Sequence record: MT446422.1
Direction: 5' to 3' (one strand)
Length of the DNA: 64,000 bases
DNA from: Escherichia virus TH57
A program made the position numbers and the translations under genes. Below are positions 53,280 to 62,330 of the stretch, in pieces; position 1 is the first letter of the stretch; every line of letters begins with the position of its first letter. A model generated the notes under the pieces. It saw only the letters and a program-made list of their open reading frames with translations. It ran no database searches and had not been told where the DNA came from.

Positions 53280-53561
53280 ATGATGAATGATTACCGTAAA
53301 AATAAAGAACTGGCTAACGCAGTAAATGATATCCATAAAGCTATTCGTCGTGCCGAGGAAATTGCAGACAAATATGAGACTCATTTTAATATATACCCTG
53401 CTCGCGGTATGGGCGGTGACTATTATTCTCCTGGCGCCTTGAAAGCCGACCTTGCTCATTGGGAAGAACATGGTCATCCTGAATGGGCTATTGTTAATAC
53501 TCATGACTATACAACTGACCTGGAAAATGGTGGTTGGGTGTCCTCTTCTGTTGAATGTTAA
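53280..53561 (+). CDS. small protein, member 2 of tandem W-x-S-S-x-x-C tail family
   Basis: 93 aa ending GGWVSSSVEC; EEIADKYE motif. Confidence 0.6.
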   Translation: MMNDYRKNKELANAVNDIHKAIRRAEEIADKYETHFNIYPARGMGGDYYSPGALKADLAHWEEHGHPEWAIVNTHDYTTDLENGGWVSSSVEC

Positions 53562-53570
53562 GGAATTATT

Positions 53571-53768
53571 ATGTCTCGTGAATTAGATTGTGCAATCCGT
53601 ACTGCCGCGGCAGCTATTGAAAACGTTATCCAGATTTGTAAAGAAGAACGTGAAGAAGCCGACATCTATATCGAAGGTGAAAACCATCTGGACCGTCATA
53701 TCACGATTTACAATGGCTGTATTACAATTACGGGTGGCTCCTGGGTGTCCTCCTCTTACGAATGCTAA
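53571..53768 (+). CDS. small protein, member 3 of tandem W-x-S-S-x-x-C tail family
   Basis: 65 aa ending GSWVSSSYEC. Confidence 0.6.
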   Translation: MSRELDCAIRTAAAAIENVIQICKEEREEADIYIEGENHLDRHITIYNGCITITGGSWVSSSYEC

Positions 53769-53777
53769 GGAAATAAA

Positions 53778-54005
53778 ATGACTGCTAAAACTGTTAAAGA
53801 AATTGAAGACCAAATCCGTGCACTAATCTGTGAAGGTGAACAACTGGCCGATAAAACTGGTGAATACTTTCATGTGTATGCTGACAGTCTTCAACGATAT
53901 ATTCCTGCGGGTTGTCCAGAATACGAAGAGTATGACTGGATTCGCGGTGATTATGGTATCCCAGATGGTAAAGGTTTCTGGTTTAACTCCTCTATGTCTT
54001 GCTAA
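53778..54005 (+). CDS. small protein, member 4 of tandem W-x-S-S-x-x-C tail family
   Basis: 75 aa ending GFWFNSSMSC. Confidence 0.55.
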   Translation: MTAKTVKEIEDQIRALICEGEQLADKTGEYFHVYADSLQRYIPAGCPEYEEYDWIRGDYGIPDGKGFWFNSSMSC

Positions 54006-54014
54006 GGTGATAAA

Positions 54015-54248
54015 ATGACTACTGCTGTTGAATATGCTGAATTAGAAAAAGCTGCCCTTGAATTGGCTGCGCTGTATAAGAAAGTAAAAGATATGGCGTC
54101 TGCTCAAGATTTCGGTGTTGAGCTTGATGATTATGACGGCGAAGTCCGTCTTGAAGACTGGTTGAACAGCTCTTGTTATGGTGAAGAAGCGGGCCGTACC
54201 TTCGTTGCTCGTGCCGATGGTAAAATCTGGTACCCGAGCAGCTGCTAA
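54015..54248 (+). CDS. small protein, member 5 (divergent) of tandem W-x-S-S-x-x-C tail family
   Basis: 77 aa ending KIWYPSSC, with an internal WLNSSCYGEE. Confidence 0.5.
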   Translation: MTTAVEYAELEKAALELAALYKKVKDMASAQDFGVELDDYDGEVRLEDWLNSSCYGEEAGRTFVARADGKIWYPSSC

Positions 54249-54278
54249 AATTATCACAAGGATGTGATAGGAGGACTT

Positions 54279-54608
54279 ATGCACAGAGATTCAGTATTTA
54301 AATATCTTTTAAAAACAGATAAAGAATTTTATATGGATGGACAAGCATTCTTGTTCGTTCGCGGTAAGCGTGAAATGTTTTATAAATGCGACCTCTCCAT
54401 GCATCATCACATGTACCATACCCATGGCGAGTCCATACTAGGGTTCTCTGGTGATGAGACTAAACATATAGCTATGTATTATGACCATTTCAAGCTCAAT
54501 GATTGTGGTGATAATGCTTTGGTCTGGAATCCATCTTGGTGCCGGTGGGATACAATAGACAACAATAAATTATTTTTAGAATATTGCAGAAGTAGTATAC
54601 AACTCTAG
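54279..54608 (+). CDS. hypothetical His/Cys-rich protein
   Basis: 109 aa from ATG at 54279 (RBS AGGAGG); HHHMYHTHGE motif suggests metal binding. Confidence 0.5.
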   Translation: MHRDSVFKYLLKTDKEFYMDGQAFLFVRGKREMFYKCDLSMHHHMYHTHGESILGFSGDETKHIAMYYDHFKLNDCGDNALVWNPSWCRWDTIDNNKLFLEYCRSSIQL

Positions 54609-54672
54609 AAAATCGTGTTACTATTCTCTTATCAACTGATGACAATCACGTTATCAGAACAGGAGAATAAAA

Positions 54673-54873
54673 ATGTCTATCGCAAACGAATTAATCAAAG
54701 TTCTGAACGAAGCCAAAGCCAACCAACTGGAGGTTAATCTCCAGGAAGTTTCAGATGGCATTAAAGTAACCATCAGCGGCGATGGCGTTCCAGGCACTAC
54801 AGAGGTTTACGATTCTTTGGAAGAAGTGGTTTCTTGCATTAAAAGAGCCGTTTACTTATATGGTATAATTTGA
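54673..54873 (+). CDS. hypothetical small protein
   Basis: 66 aa, RBS AGGAGA. Confidence 0.5.
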   Translation: MSIANELIKVLNEAKANQLEVNLQEVSDGIKVTISGDGVPGTTEVYDSLEEVVSCIKRAVYLYGII

Positions 54874-54883
54874 GGAAAATATT

Positions 54884-55051
54884 ATGTATAATGTTCTTAT
54901 TGTTTTTGTCACTCACCCGCAAGGTGGAGTAAGACAGAATACTTCTCAAGTGGTTCAATTTTCTTCACTAGAGGCCGCCAATCTTGCTGCCTCACGAATT
55001 GAAGCGAAAAAATCGGCACTTGGAAAATATGAAGTAACTCGTCTTTACTAA
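54884..55051 (+). CDS. hypothetical small protein (55 aa)
   Basis: ATG preceded by conserved TGAGGAAAATATT initiation region; below ORF-track cutoff. Confidence 0.4.
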   Translation: MYNVLIVFVTHPQGGVRQNTSQVVQFSSLEAANLAASRIEAKKSALGKYEVTRLY

Positions 55052-55064
55052 TGAGGAAAATATT

Positions 55065-56024
55065 ATGATGTTAGTTATTGGCTCTCGCGCATTGCATAAC
55101 GCCGGTCTGATTGAAAGTAAGAAAATTGAAAACTCTGATTGGGACTTTATAGCAGACCAAGGTTCCTGGAACAACTTTAAAACCCAGATGATGGGGCAGC
55201 ACGTGCATGTGGATAACCCAGATGTTCAAGCTTTTAAATGTATGCACAATGGCAAAGAAACCTATTTTGAAGCATACATCGTCCGGGCACTGACAAGTGT
55301 TCGTGAACTGACTGATGAGTTACAAGAGGAAGATTTTACCTCTAGTTATCGTCTGCTCAAATATGCGAAGGCGAATATTCAGAAAGACCGTCTATCTGGT
55401 TTTTACTGGGCGACTCCTGATATTTGTCTGGCAATTAAACTGTCTCATCGTTACCTGAAGAACAATCCATTCTTCCTGAAGACCATGAGTCATATTAATT
55501 ACCTTCGCAATAAGGGTGTTGTTCTTAATGATGAACTGCAGAAAATTATGCAACAACGCCAGGCAGAAACACTGTCATATAGTCACCCTAAACTAGATGT
55601 GGGCAAGAAAACTTTCTTTAATGATACAATCTATACCCTTGACCATGACTCCATCCACGAGGCTGTGGCGCTTGCTGATAAGCCTGCATATAAGTTCTAT
55701 ATGAAGGATGATTCAGAAGTCATGACCTCGCGTGAAAAATTTGAAGCACTCCCTGAGATTATTAAACTGGCTGGGGTTTATGAAGAAGCATGTGTACTTG
55801 CTCTGGAGCGTTCGCAGGTTCCCAATGAGTTCAATATCTCTCCATCCGTGAGCTTCCATATTGCTCTGGAAAAAGTCTGCACCTCCATTACTTCTGGATG
55901 GTTCCGCGAGTATGCCTGGGAACATTACCAGGAAGTGGTTAATATGTACAACACCCTGGGTCACGAAGACTATGTTAAACGTTTCAAAGCTAACCAGCAT
56001 TTAATTCGCCCTTTCGAAAAATAA
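55065..56024 (+). CDS. putative nucleotidyltransferase-fold protein
   Basis: 319 aa; N-terminal IGSRALHNAGLIESKKIENSDWDF fits the Pol-beta-type NTase signature G[GS]x(9-15)DxD; remainder unassigned. Confidence 0.45.
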   Translation: MMLVIGSRALHNAGLIESKKIENSDWDFIADQGSWNNFKTQMMGQHVHVDNPDVQAFKCMHNGKETYFEAYIVRALTSVRELTDELQEEDFTSSYRLLKYAKANIQKDRLSGFYWATPDICLAIKLSHRYLKNNPFFLKTMSHINYLRNKGVVLNDELQKIMQQRQAETLSYSHPKLDVGKKTFFNDTIYTLDHDSIHEAVALADKPAYKFYMKDDSEVMTSREKFEALPEIIKLAGVYEEACVLALERSQVPNEFNISPSVSFHIALEKVCTSITSGWFREYAWEHYQEVVNMYNTLGHEDYVKRFKANQHLIRPFEK

Positions 56025-56026
56025 TT

Positions 56027-56060
56027 GTGTACATCCAAGTGGGACTATGACACAATAGTC
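56027..56060 (+). promoter_or_regulatory. early promoter-like cassette with 10-bp inverted repeat
   Basis: gtgtac followed by GTGGGACTAT-gacaca-ATAGTCCCAC; -10 assignment uncertain. Confidence 0.35.
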
Positions 56061-56083
56061 CCACAATCAATGAGGAAAATATT

Positions 56084-56770
56084 ATGAACGGTCCAAAAAC
56101 TTTTAATTCTCAAGCTCATGCAGTAGGCAGTTTCGCTGGTAAAATTTCTAATGATAAAATCAAAAACGAAACTATGTTCTTCAACAGCTCATTGGCTTTC
56201 GCTTTTGACAATGGCGGTCCTATTACTCGTAGCTTTATCATGAGTCTGCCGGATGATTGGAACACTGACCAGGTTGTATTTGATTCTCGGGTTCATATGC
56301 TGATGCCTGGTTGGTATCCCGCTATCCCAGGTTATCACCATGATGATGTACCACGCCCGGATATTCCGGTTGGTCAACACTTTATTACTGCAGGGCAACC
56401 TGATTATGATAATCCTCGTTACCATTCTGAACATATTCTTGGTCTTGTTAACGCTGATGTGTGTCCTACTTATTTTGCAACCGGAACTGCAGAATTCAGT
56501 CAGATTCCTGAAGGCGAACTTATCTATCGCCAGTGGCATAAAGAAGTTCTGGAAAAAATTGAGTCCAATGAATTAACCAAGTGGGATGCTCCTGACCGCA
56601 CGTTGCTCCAGTTTGATTGGCAGACATGGCATACAGGTTCTCGTGCAGTAAGTAACGGTTGGCGCTGGTTTGGTCGTGTGTCTCGTAATACCGACCGTGT
56701 TAAAAAGATTACAAATGAAATCCGCGTTAATGCTCAAGTATATCTGGAATTCCCTATGGAGGGCTGGTAA
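56084..56770 (+). CDS. hypothetical protein, His-rich (possible metal-dependent enzyme)
   Basis: 228 aa; YHHDD and RYHSEH motifs; no confident family assignment. Confidence 0.5.
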   Translation: MNGPKTFNSQAHAVGSFAGKISNDKIKNETMFFNSSLAFAFDNGGPITRSFIMSLPDDWNTDQVVFDSRVHMLMPGWYPAIPGYHHDDVPRPDIPVGQHFITAGQPDYDNPRYHSEHILGLVNADVCPTYFATGTAEFSQIPEGELIYRQWHKEVLEKIESNELTKWDAPDRTLLQFDWQTWHTGSRAVSNGWRWFGRVSRNTDRVKKITNEIRVNAQVYLEFPMEGW

Positions 56771-57357
56771 TGGCCCTTTATGAACCTGGCTGTATGGGTG
56801 TTGATGTAAACTTCATCCGACGGGCAGAAAATGCAGGTATAATTGTATCAAGAGACGAATTTATGATTACCAAAAAATATTGGGCAAACCTTGATGATGG
56901 TGATGAAGGAATCAAGGTTGAAAACGTTGATTGGTCGCGATGCAATCGTCATGTGAAAGAGCTTTTAATTAAGGAATATAAAATGGGATATATTGTTAAT
57001 GGGTATCAACCGGAACCACTCAAAGAACAGACACCCGACCCATTAATTTCTTATAGCAAGAAATATGGATTTCGTACCTGGAAAGATGAATTTGATAAGT
57101 TAATTTGTTCCAGGTTTTATGTGTGGGCTGGAATCTTATTTTTACCAATCCTGTTGTTTTTCTTGACAGGTAAAAATGAAGCGCCTGTGGCTGTAATGGG
57201 CGCGTGCATTTCTTCTGCTGCTGTTGGACTTATTGCATCATTTTTATGGACTATGGTTATTGAAGTACCTTTTCGTATTTCTAAAGTTAAAAAGGTATAT
57301 GACGATATCACTAAGAAAAATACATTGAACTCTTTTATTGAGGAATGCCGTAAATGA
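56770..57357 (+). CDS. hypothetical membrane protein
   Basis: 195 aa; two TM helices in C-terminal half; C-terminus ...NSFIEECRK resembles 52292..52991 paralogs. Confidence 0.5.
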   Translation: MALYEPGCMGVDVNFIRRAENAGIIVSRDEFMITKKYWANLDDGDEGIKVENVDWSRCNRHVKELLIKEYKMGYIVNGYQPEPLKEQTPDPLISYSKKYGFRTWKDEFDKLICSRFYVWAGILFLPILLFFLTGKNEAPVAVMGACISSAAVGLIASFLWTMVIEVPFRISKVKKVYDDITKKNTLNSFIEECRK

Positions 57358-57590
57358 GTATTGCAATTTATATTAAATCAGAGTCGTGTGATTCTTATCT
57401 GTATTCCTATGACACTGGAACATCAGAAGAGAAAATCAAAGATGATTTAGAAACCGACTTGGATATGTTCCGACCTATTTCTGAATACAGAATTCAAATT
57501 TCTGATAGTGAATCCCCTTCATTGGAAAATAGACTTGAATTTTTAATGAGTGATATTTTTAACCAATCCTGGGAACGTGACGATGAGTAA
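57354..57590 (+). CDS. hypothetical small acidic protein
   Basis: 78 aa. Confidence 0.45.
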   Translation: MSIAIYIKSESCDSYLYSYDTGTSEEKIKDDLETDLDMFRPISEYRIQISDSESPSLENRLEFLMSDIFNQSWERDDE

Positions 57591-58041
57591 GAAAAACAAG
57601 GTGAAAGAATTATCTGCTGGCATTATTTTCATGACTGAAGATAAAGAGTTATTCATGGGTCGTGTGACCGGTTCTCGTAAACCAGGTATGCCTGCACACA
57701 AATGGGACATCCCTAAGGGTCATGTTGAAGCTGATGAATCCCCGATTGAAGCTGCTATCCGTGAAACTGAAGAAGAAACTGGGTTTACCCAATATGACCC
57801 AGCATTCTTAAAGGACCTGGGTGAATTTCGTTATTCAGATAATAAAAACCTTCACCTGTTTTTGTACACGGTTCCGGTCGAGCATGAGCAGTTCAGACAT
57901 AGTAAATGCTCTGCCTATCATACCTTCCCGGATGGTAGTTCAGTCCCCGAGTTTGATGCATTTGCTCTGATTAAACCGAGCCAATGGCAATACGTAATGG
58001 GTAAATCGATGTACAAGGTAATGACTCAAATTTTCGGATAA
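57583..58041 (+). CDS. nudE: Nudix hydrolase NudE
   Basis: Nudix box GHVEADESPIEAAIRETEEETGF; about 152 aa; adjacent to lysozyme as T4 e.1. Confidence 0.85.
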   Translation: MSKKNKVKELSAGIIFMTEDKELFMGRVTGSRKPGMPAHKWDIPKGHVEADESPIEAAIRETEEETGFTQYDPAFLKDLGEFRYSDNKNLHLFLYTVPVEHEQFRHSKCSAYHTFPDGSSVPEFDAFALIKPSQWQYVMGKSMYKVMTQIFG

Positions 58042-58068
58042 TAAATACCCCTATATAAGGGGGGTATT

Positions 58069-58560
58069 ATGAATATATTCGAAATGTTACGCATAGATGA
58101 AGGTTGTAAGTTGGATTTGTACCGTGACACCGAAGGCTTTTGGACCATCGGCATCGGTCAATTGATAACTAAGAACCCATCGAAAGACGTTGCTCGCGCT
58201 GAGCTGGACAAATTAATGGGTCGTGTTTGCAACGGTAGGATTACCCAGATTGAAGCTGAAACCTTGTTTAACCGTTCAGTGGAAAAAGCTAAAGCCGGAA
58301 TCTTGAAACATCCTGTCTTAAAACCTGTTTATGATGTACTGGATGAAGTTCGTCGTTGCGCACTCATTAATATGGTATTCCAAATGGGTGTAGCTGGTGT
58401 AGCTGGTTTTCCTAAGGGGCTGCGATTGCTCAAGGCTAAATCATGGGAAGCTGCTGCTAAGGAACTGGCTGACTCAAGATGGTATAAAGTCCAGACTCCG
58501 AACCGGGCCAAACGAGTTATTGAAACTTTCCGTACTGGAACTTTTGACGCATACAAATGA
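58069..58560 (+). CDS. e: endolysin (T4 lysozyme, gene e)
   Basis: 163 aa; [12 protein letters not shown]...DTEG..TIGIG...[13 protein letters not shown]...NRAKRVI.TFRTGT.DAYK matches T4 lysozyme with Glu11, Asp20, Thr26. Confidence 0.95.
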   Translation: MNIFEMLRIDEGCKLDLYRDTEGFWTIGIGQLITKNPSKDVARAELDKLMGRVCNGRITQIEAETLFNRSVEKAKAGILKHPVLKPVYDVLDEVRRCALINMVFQMGVAGVAGFPKGLRLLKAKSWEAAAKELADSRWYKVQTPNRAKRVIETFRTGTFDAYK

Positions 58561-58616
58561 GTTTACATCTCCAAATGATAGGGTTATAATGACCCTATCA
58601 ACTACGGAGAACAAAC

Positions 58617-59033
58617 ATGACTCGCATTAATTTAACCCTGGTATCTGAACTCGCTGACCAACATCTTATGGCTGAATATCGTGAACTTCCTCGCGTGTTT
58701 GGTGCTGTTCGTAAGCATGTGCAAAATGGTAAAAAGGTGTCTGACTTTAAAATCCCATCATCTTTTCTTTTAGGGACTGGCCATGTCACCTTCTTTTATG
58801 ATAAGCTTTTGTTCCTTAAAAACAGGCATCAAGAACTTATTGCGGAATGTTTAAAGCGAGGGTTTAACATAAAAGATATTTCTACCCAAGATTTAAATGA
58901 TATTCCTGATGAATGGAAGAATGATTATCAACCATCAATCTGGTCAATTGAAATCAGTCAAGCCAGACTGAATGAGAAAATTTCTCAAAAGCCTACCTGG
59001 TACAAATACTATGGGAAAGCTGTGTACGCTTAA
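58617..59033 (+). CDS. denV: endonuclease V (pyrimidine dimer DNA glycosylase/AP lyase, DenV)
   Basis: 138 aa; [35 protein letters not shown] matches remembered T4 DenV. Confidence 0.95.
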   Translation: MTRINLTLVSELADQHLMAEYRELPRVFGAVRKHVQNGKKVSDFKIPSSFLLGTGHVTFFYDKLLFLKNRHQELIAECLKRGFNIKDISTQDLNDIPDEWKNDYQPSIWSIEISQARLNEKISQKPTWYKYYGKAVYA

Positions 59034-59081
59034 CTAAAAAGGTTGTATAATGATTTTATCAACCAAACAATGGAATATAAA

Positions 59082-59396
59082 ATGAAAACTTATCAAGAAT
59101 TTATTACTGAATCTACCCAAAAACGTGTTGAAGGCGGTTATGTCTGGATTGAACAATTAACCCCACCAAGTGAAACGAGCACGGGTTCGTGGAAAATTAC
59201 TGTTGATGGCCCTGGTGGAAAACGTAAGACTATTAAAGAAATTAAAGGCTATTATGATGAAGCCAAATCATGGGCTGGTAGTCATGTAATGCAGATTAAA
59301 ATTGCAAACCCGGATAACGTTCATGCGGCAAAAGCATTCCGTCGCATTGGTAATAAACTTTATGATGCGTTTTTGCGTGATTTCCCTAAAGAGTAA
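59082..59396 (+). CDS. internal head protein-like protein (CTS-bearing)
   Basis: N-terminus MKTYQEFITE from ATG at 59082. Confidence 0.65.
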   Translation: MKTYQEFITESTQKRVEGGYVWIEQLTPPSETSTGSWKITVDGPGGKRKTIKEIKGYYDEAKSWAGSHVMQIKIANPDNVHAAKAFRRIGNKLYDAFLRDFPKE

Positions 59397-59409
59397 TTAA
59401 AGAGACATT

Positions 59410-59673
59410 ATGAAAACTTATCAAGAATTTATTACTGAATCTGCTAAAGCTCCTACCGGTGCTTTTAAAGTCCGCGCCTTCGCTGGTGATGCTGAAGACT
59501 TTGGCACCATGAAGCGCAATGGTTATTCTTTCTTTGGTGGCGATGGTAAAGAAATTGTTACCTATGCAAAACGCCGCGAAATCGCATTCGTGGTTGCTGG
59601 TAAGAAAGTTGATGTTGACGATATTGAATGGGATTTTGATACCTTTGGTATTGTTTCTGGCGGTAAAGCATAA
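59410..59673 (+). CDS. internal head protein-like protein (CTS-bearing)
   Basis: N-terminus MKTYQEFITE; paralog of 46381..46680. Confidence 0.7.
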   Translation: MKTYQEFITESAKAPTGAFKVRAFAGDAEDFGTMKRNGYSFFGGDGKEIVTYAKRREIAFVVAGKKVDVDDIEWDFDTFGIVSGGKA

Positions 59674-59675
59674 CT

Positions 59676-59704
59676 GTTTACTTTATGATGGGATAGTGTA
59701 TAAT
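59676..59704 (+). promoter_or_regulatory. sigma70-type early promoter (best match in window)
   Basis: GTTTAC, 17-nt spacer, TATAAT; -10 inside GGGATA/TATCCC inverted repeat; conserved leader. Confidence 0.65.
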
Positions 59705-59729
59705 TATCCCATCAACTTGGAGCGAATAA

Positions 59730-60029
59730 ATGAAAACTTATCAAGAATTTATTACTGAAGCCAAAGCTCCTAAAGCATTTCAAATTGGGGTTCAGGGTAA
59801 TTTAGACCAACAATACGTTGATGCTATTGTAGCAAGCCTCGGCAAGCAGGGTGTACAAGTGGATTTGGTTGATTTTACTAAAGGTAATACTTTTAATATT
59901 GTCACATCTAAAGGTTCTTTAGCTAAAGTTAAAAAGGCCTTTGGCGTAGCACAAGCATATGAAATCGACCATTCCGAATTGGAAAATAAAGGTCGCCAGA
60001 ACACAATTAAAGGCTCTGGTTCTTTCTAA
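59730..60029 (+). CDS. internal head protein-like protein (CTS-bearing)
   Basis: N-terminus MKTYQEFITE. Confidence 0.7.
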   Translation: MKTYQEFITEAKAPKAFQIGVQGNLDQQYVDAIVASLGKQGVQVDLVDFTKGNTFNIVTSKGSLAKVKKAFGVAQAYEIDHSELENKGRQNTIKGSGSF

Positions 60030-60190
60030 TAAAGGCAAGCCGGCCCTCTCCTCATGAACGTCGCGTCCTCTGAGTGATGGACCTTTCCCTACCTGTAATA
60101 AGGTCGAGCCCGAGTGCGGTAAGGGGTTTACATTCGGATACATGGACGAATTAATGTGCCAAGGAATGGCCCTACAACTAAGAGACAACT

Positions 60191-60718
60191 ATGAAATTTT
60201 TAACTCCAATTTATCTAACCTTAATGCACGCCTTCGCTGAACGCGCCATTGAACGCTTAGATTCAGACCAATACACCTGGTATGAACCCGCTTCAAGAAT
60301 GCAAGAGTTTGGTACTCTTCGACTTGATGGTGGTCGTCAAACAGGTAAAACAAGTGCCCTTGCACAGTTCGCTGCGGATTGGGTTTCCAAGGGTAATGAT
60401 GTGATTGTTATGTCGAGTTCTTCACATCGCTCCCGAGAAATCTGTGATATAATAAAGCGGGTTTCTAAGGCGCAACCACATCTTAATGTTGAGCGACCTG
60501 GTTTTGTTGTATATGATACTGTTCGTTCATTTTTAGACGAAGATAATTTCCATAAGTACCGTGGATTGCGTTTTACGCGTCTTTTAATCATTATTGAAGA
60601 ACCTATTCGCCTCCCTACAATGGATAAGTTCTATGAAGCTTATCAGGTAATGATGAATAAATTTATGTGTCAAGGTGATAAGCCTTTGCCGTTATTCTTT
60701 GTGATAGGAATGCAATAA
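60191..60718 (+). CDS. hypothetical P-loop NTPase-like protein
   Basis: 175 aa; Walker A-like GGRQTGKTS and hydrophobic strand + acidic residues (LLIIIEEP) consistent with Walker B. Confidence 0.5.
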   Translation: MKFLTPIYLTLMHAFAERAIERLDSDQYTWYEPASRMQEFGTLRLDGGRQTGKTSALAQFAADWVSKGNDVIVMSSSSHRSREICDIIKRVSKAQPHLNVERPGFVVYDTVRSFLDEDNFHKYRGLRFTRLLIIIEEPIRLPTMDKFYEAYQVMMNKFMCQGDKPLPLFFVIGMQ

Positions 60719-61014
60719 TGACTCATGAAGAGCTTTTTGACCAAATCTATTTTATTCCAAAGGTTAGGTCTGAAGATTTCGTAAAGAATTTTGAAATCTT
60801 TAATAAAGCAAATTTCTTTGAGTACGTGTTTTTGTCTGGACCTTTTATTGGGTCCAGATTTCGTTGCACTGCTCCGAGTATTCGCTTAATGAAGCTGGTT
60901 CCTTACTTTACTCTGGAATTTATTTCTGGACCATGTAAGGGTATTATAACTCGTAGCCTCCTGACATATGACCAGGATGTGCGATTAATTAGTGACTGGA
61001 AAAAATATGTCTAA
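60718..61014 (+). CDS. hypothetical protein
   Basis: 98 aa, ATGA overlap with upstream gene. Confidence 0.5.
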   Translation: MTHEELFDQIYFIPKVRSEDFVKNFEIFNKANFFEYVFLSGPFIGSRFRCTAPSIRLMKLVPYFTLEFISGPCKGIITRSLLTYDQDVRLISDWKKYV

Positions 61015-61221
61015 ATTGACTATTGAAGGTTCTGAAGAAGCTCTGAAGATGTTTGTTGACTGGTTCCACGGTCAAGGCGAACAGGACTTTATGGAATGTT
61101 GGGACGGTGGCCAATGGAACGGTAAAGAAATTGTTTATCCGAGCACATATATCTCTGTTCGCGGCGGATATGATGGCCTTCGTTTGGTAGAATATGATAT
61201 TGCATCTGATGAGGAAGTGAA

Positions 61222-61225
<4 letters not shown>
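61007..61225 (+). CDS. hypothetical protein
   Basis: 72 aa from ATG at 61007. Confidence 0.45.
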
Positions 61226-61804
<579 letters not shown>

Positions 61805-61805
<1 letters not shown>

Positions 61806-61833
61806 TGTACAAGCAGATTGAAATGAGTTATGA
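61805..61833 (+). promoter_or_regulatory. early promoter cassette
   Basis: gtgtac, 17-nt spacer, ttatga, leader ttatcccatcaa. Confidence 0.4.
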
Positions 61834-61860
61834 TTATCCCATCAAACAAAAGGAGATAAT

Positions 61861-62320
61861 CATGACTACTATCGATTCAAGTGTTTACATTCGCCGCAAT
61901 AAACTTCGTCGCATTTTTGAAACGGAGTTCCTCAAAATTAATAATGCTATCAACAAGGCTTGTAAAGAAGCAGGTCTTGAAGCATTCTTCATTAAGTACA
62001 GTCCGCACCTGTTGGACCGTGCAATCCAACGTGAAATTGACGAACAATATGTTTTTGACTTGTTTGGAAAAATCACACCACATGTAAAAGAAATCGTTGA
62101 ATTCTTGGAGATGAAACCACTCCCGGAAGTTGAAGCACAAATTGACCCGAATGTGAACTACCGTCCACTTCGTCTGGAAATCACAGACAAGAACCTGTGG
62201 TTAGGAATGACAGTTAACCCCGCTATTCCTGGGAAGTCTCCAACCATGTGTTGCCGTATGGCGTTTGTTAACTCTAATCGTCTGGAAGGAAAAATTAGCA
62301 CAAAAGTGATTTATATCTAA
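61861..62320 (+). CDS. regB: RegB site-specific endoribonuclease
   Basis: 153 aa; VYIRRNKLRR.FETEF..INN...KYS.HLLDRAIQREIDE.YVF.LF...RPLRLEITD.NLWLG matches remembered T4 RegB. Confidence 0.9.
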
Positions 62321-62330
62321 TGGGGAATTC

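Noticed and set aside
55065-56024. Interpretation of the NTase-like protein as an NMN adenylyltransferase
   Set aside because: No (H/T)xGH nucleotide-binding motif typical of NMNAT/cytidylyltransferases is present; the signature is Pol-beta-type instead.
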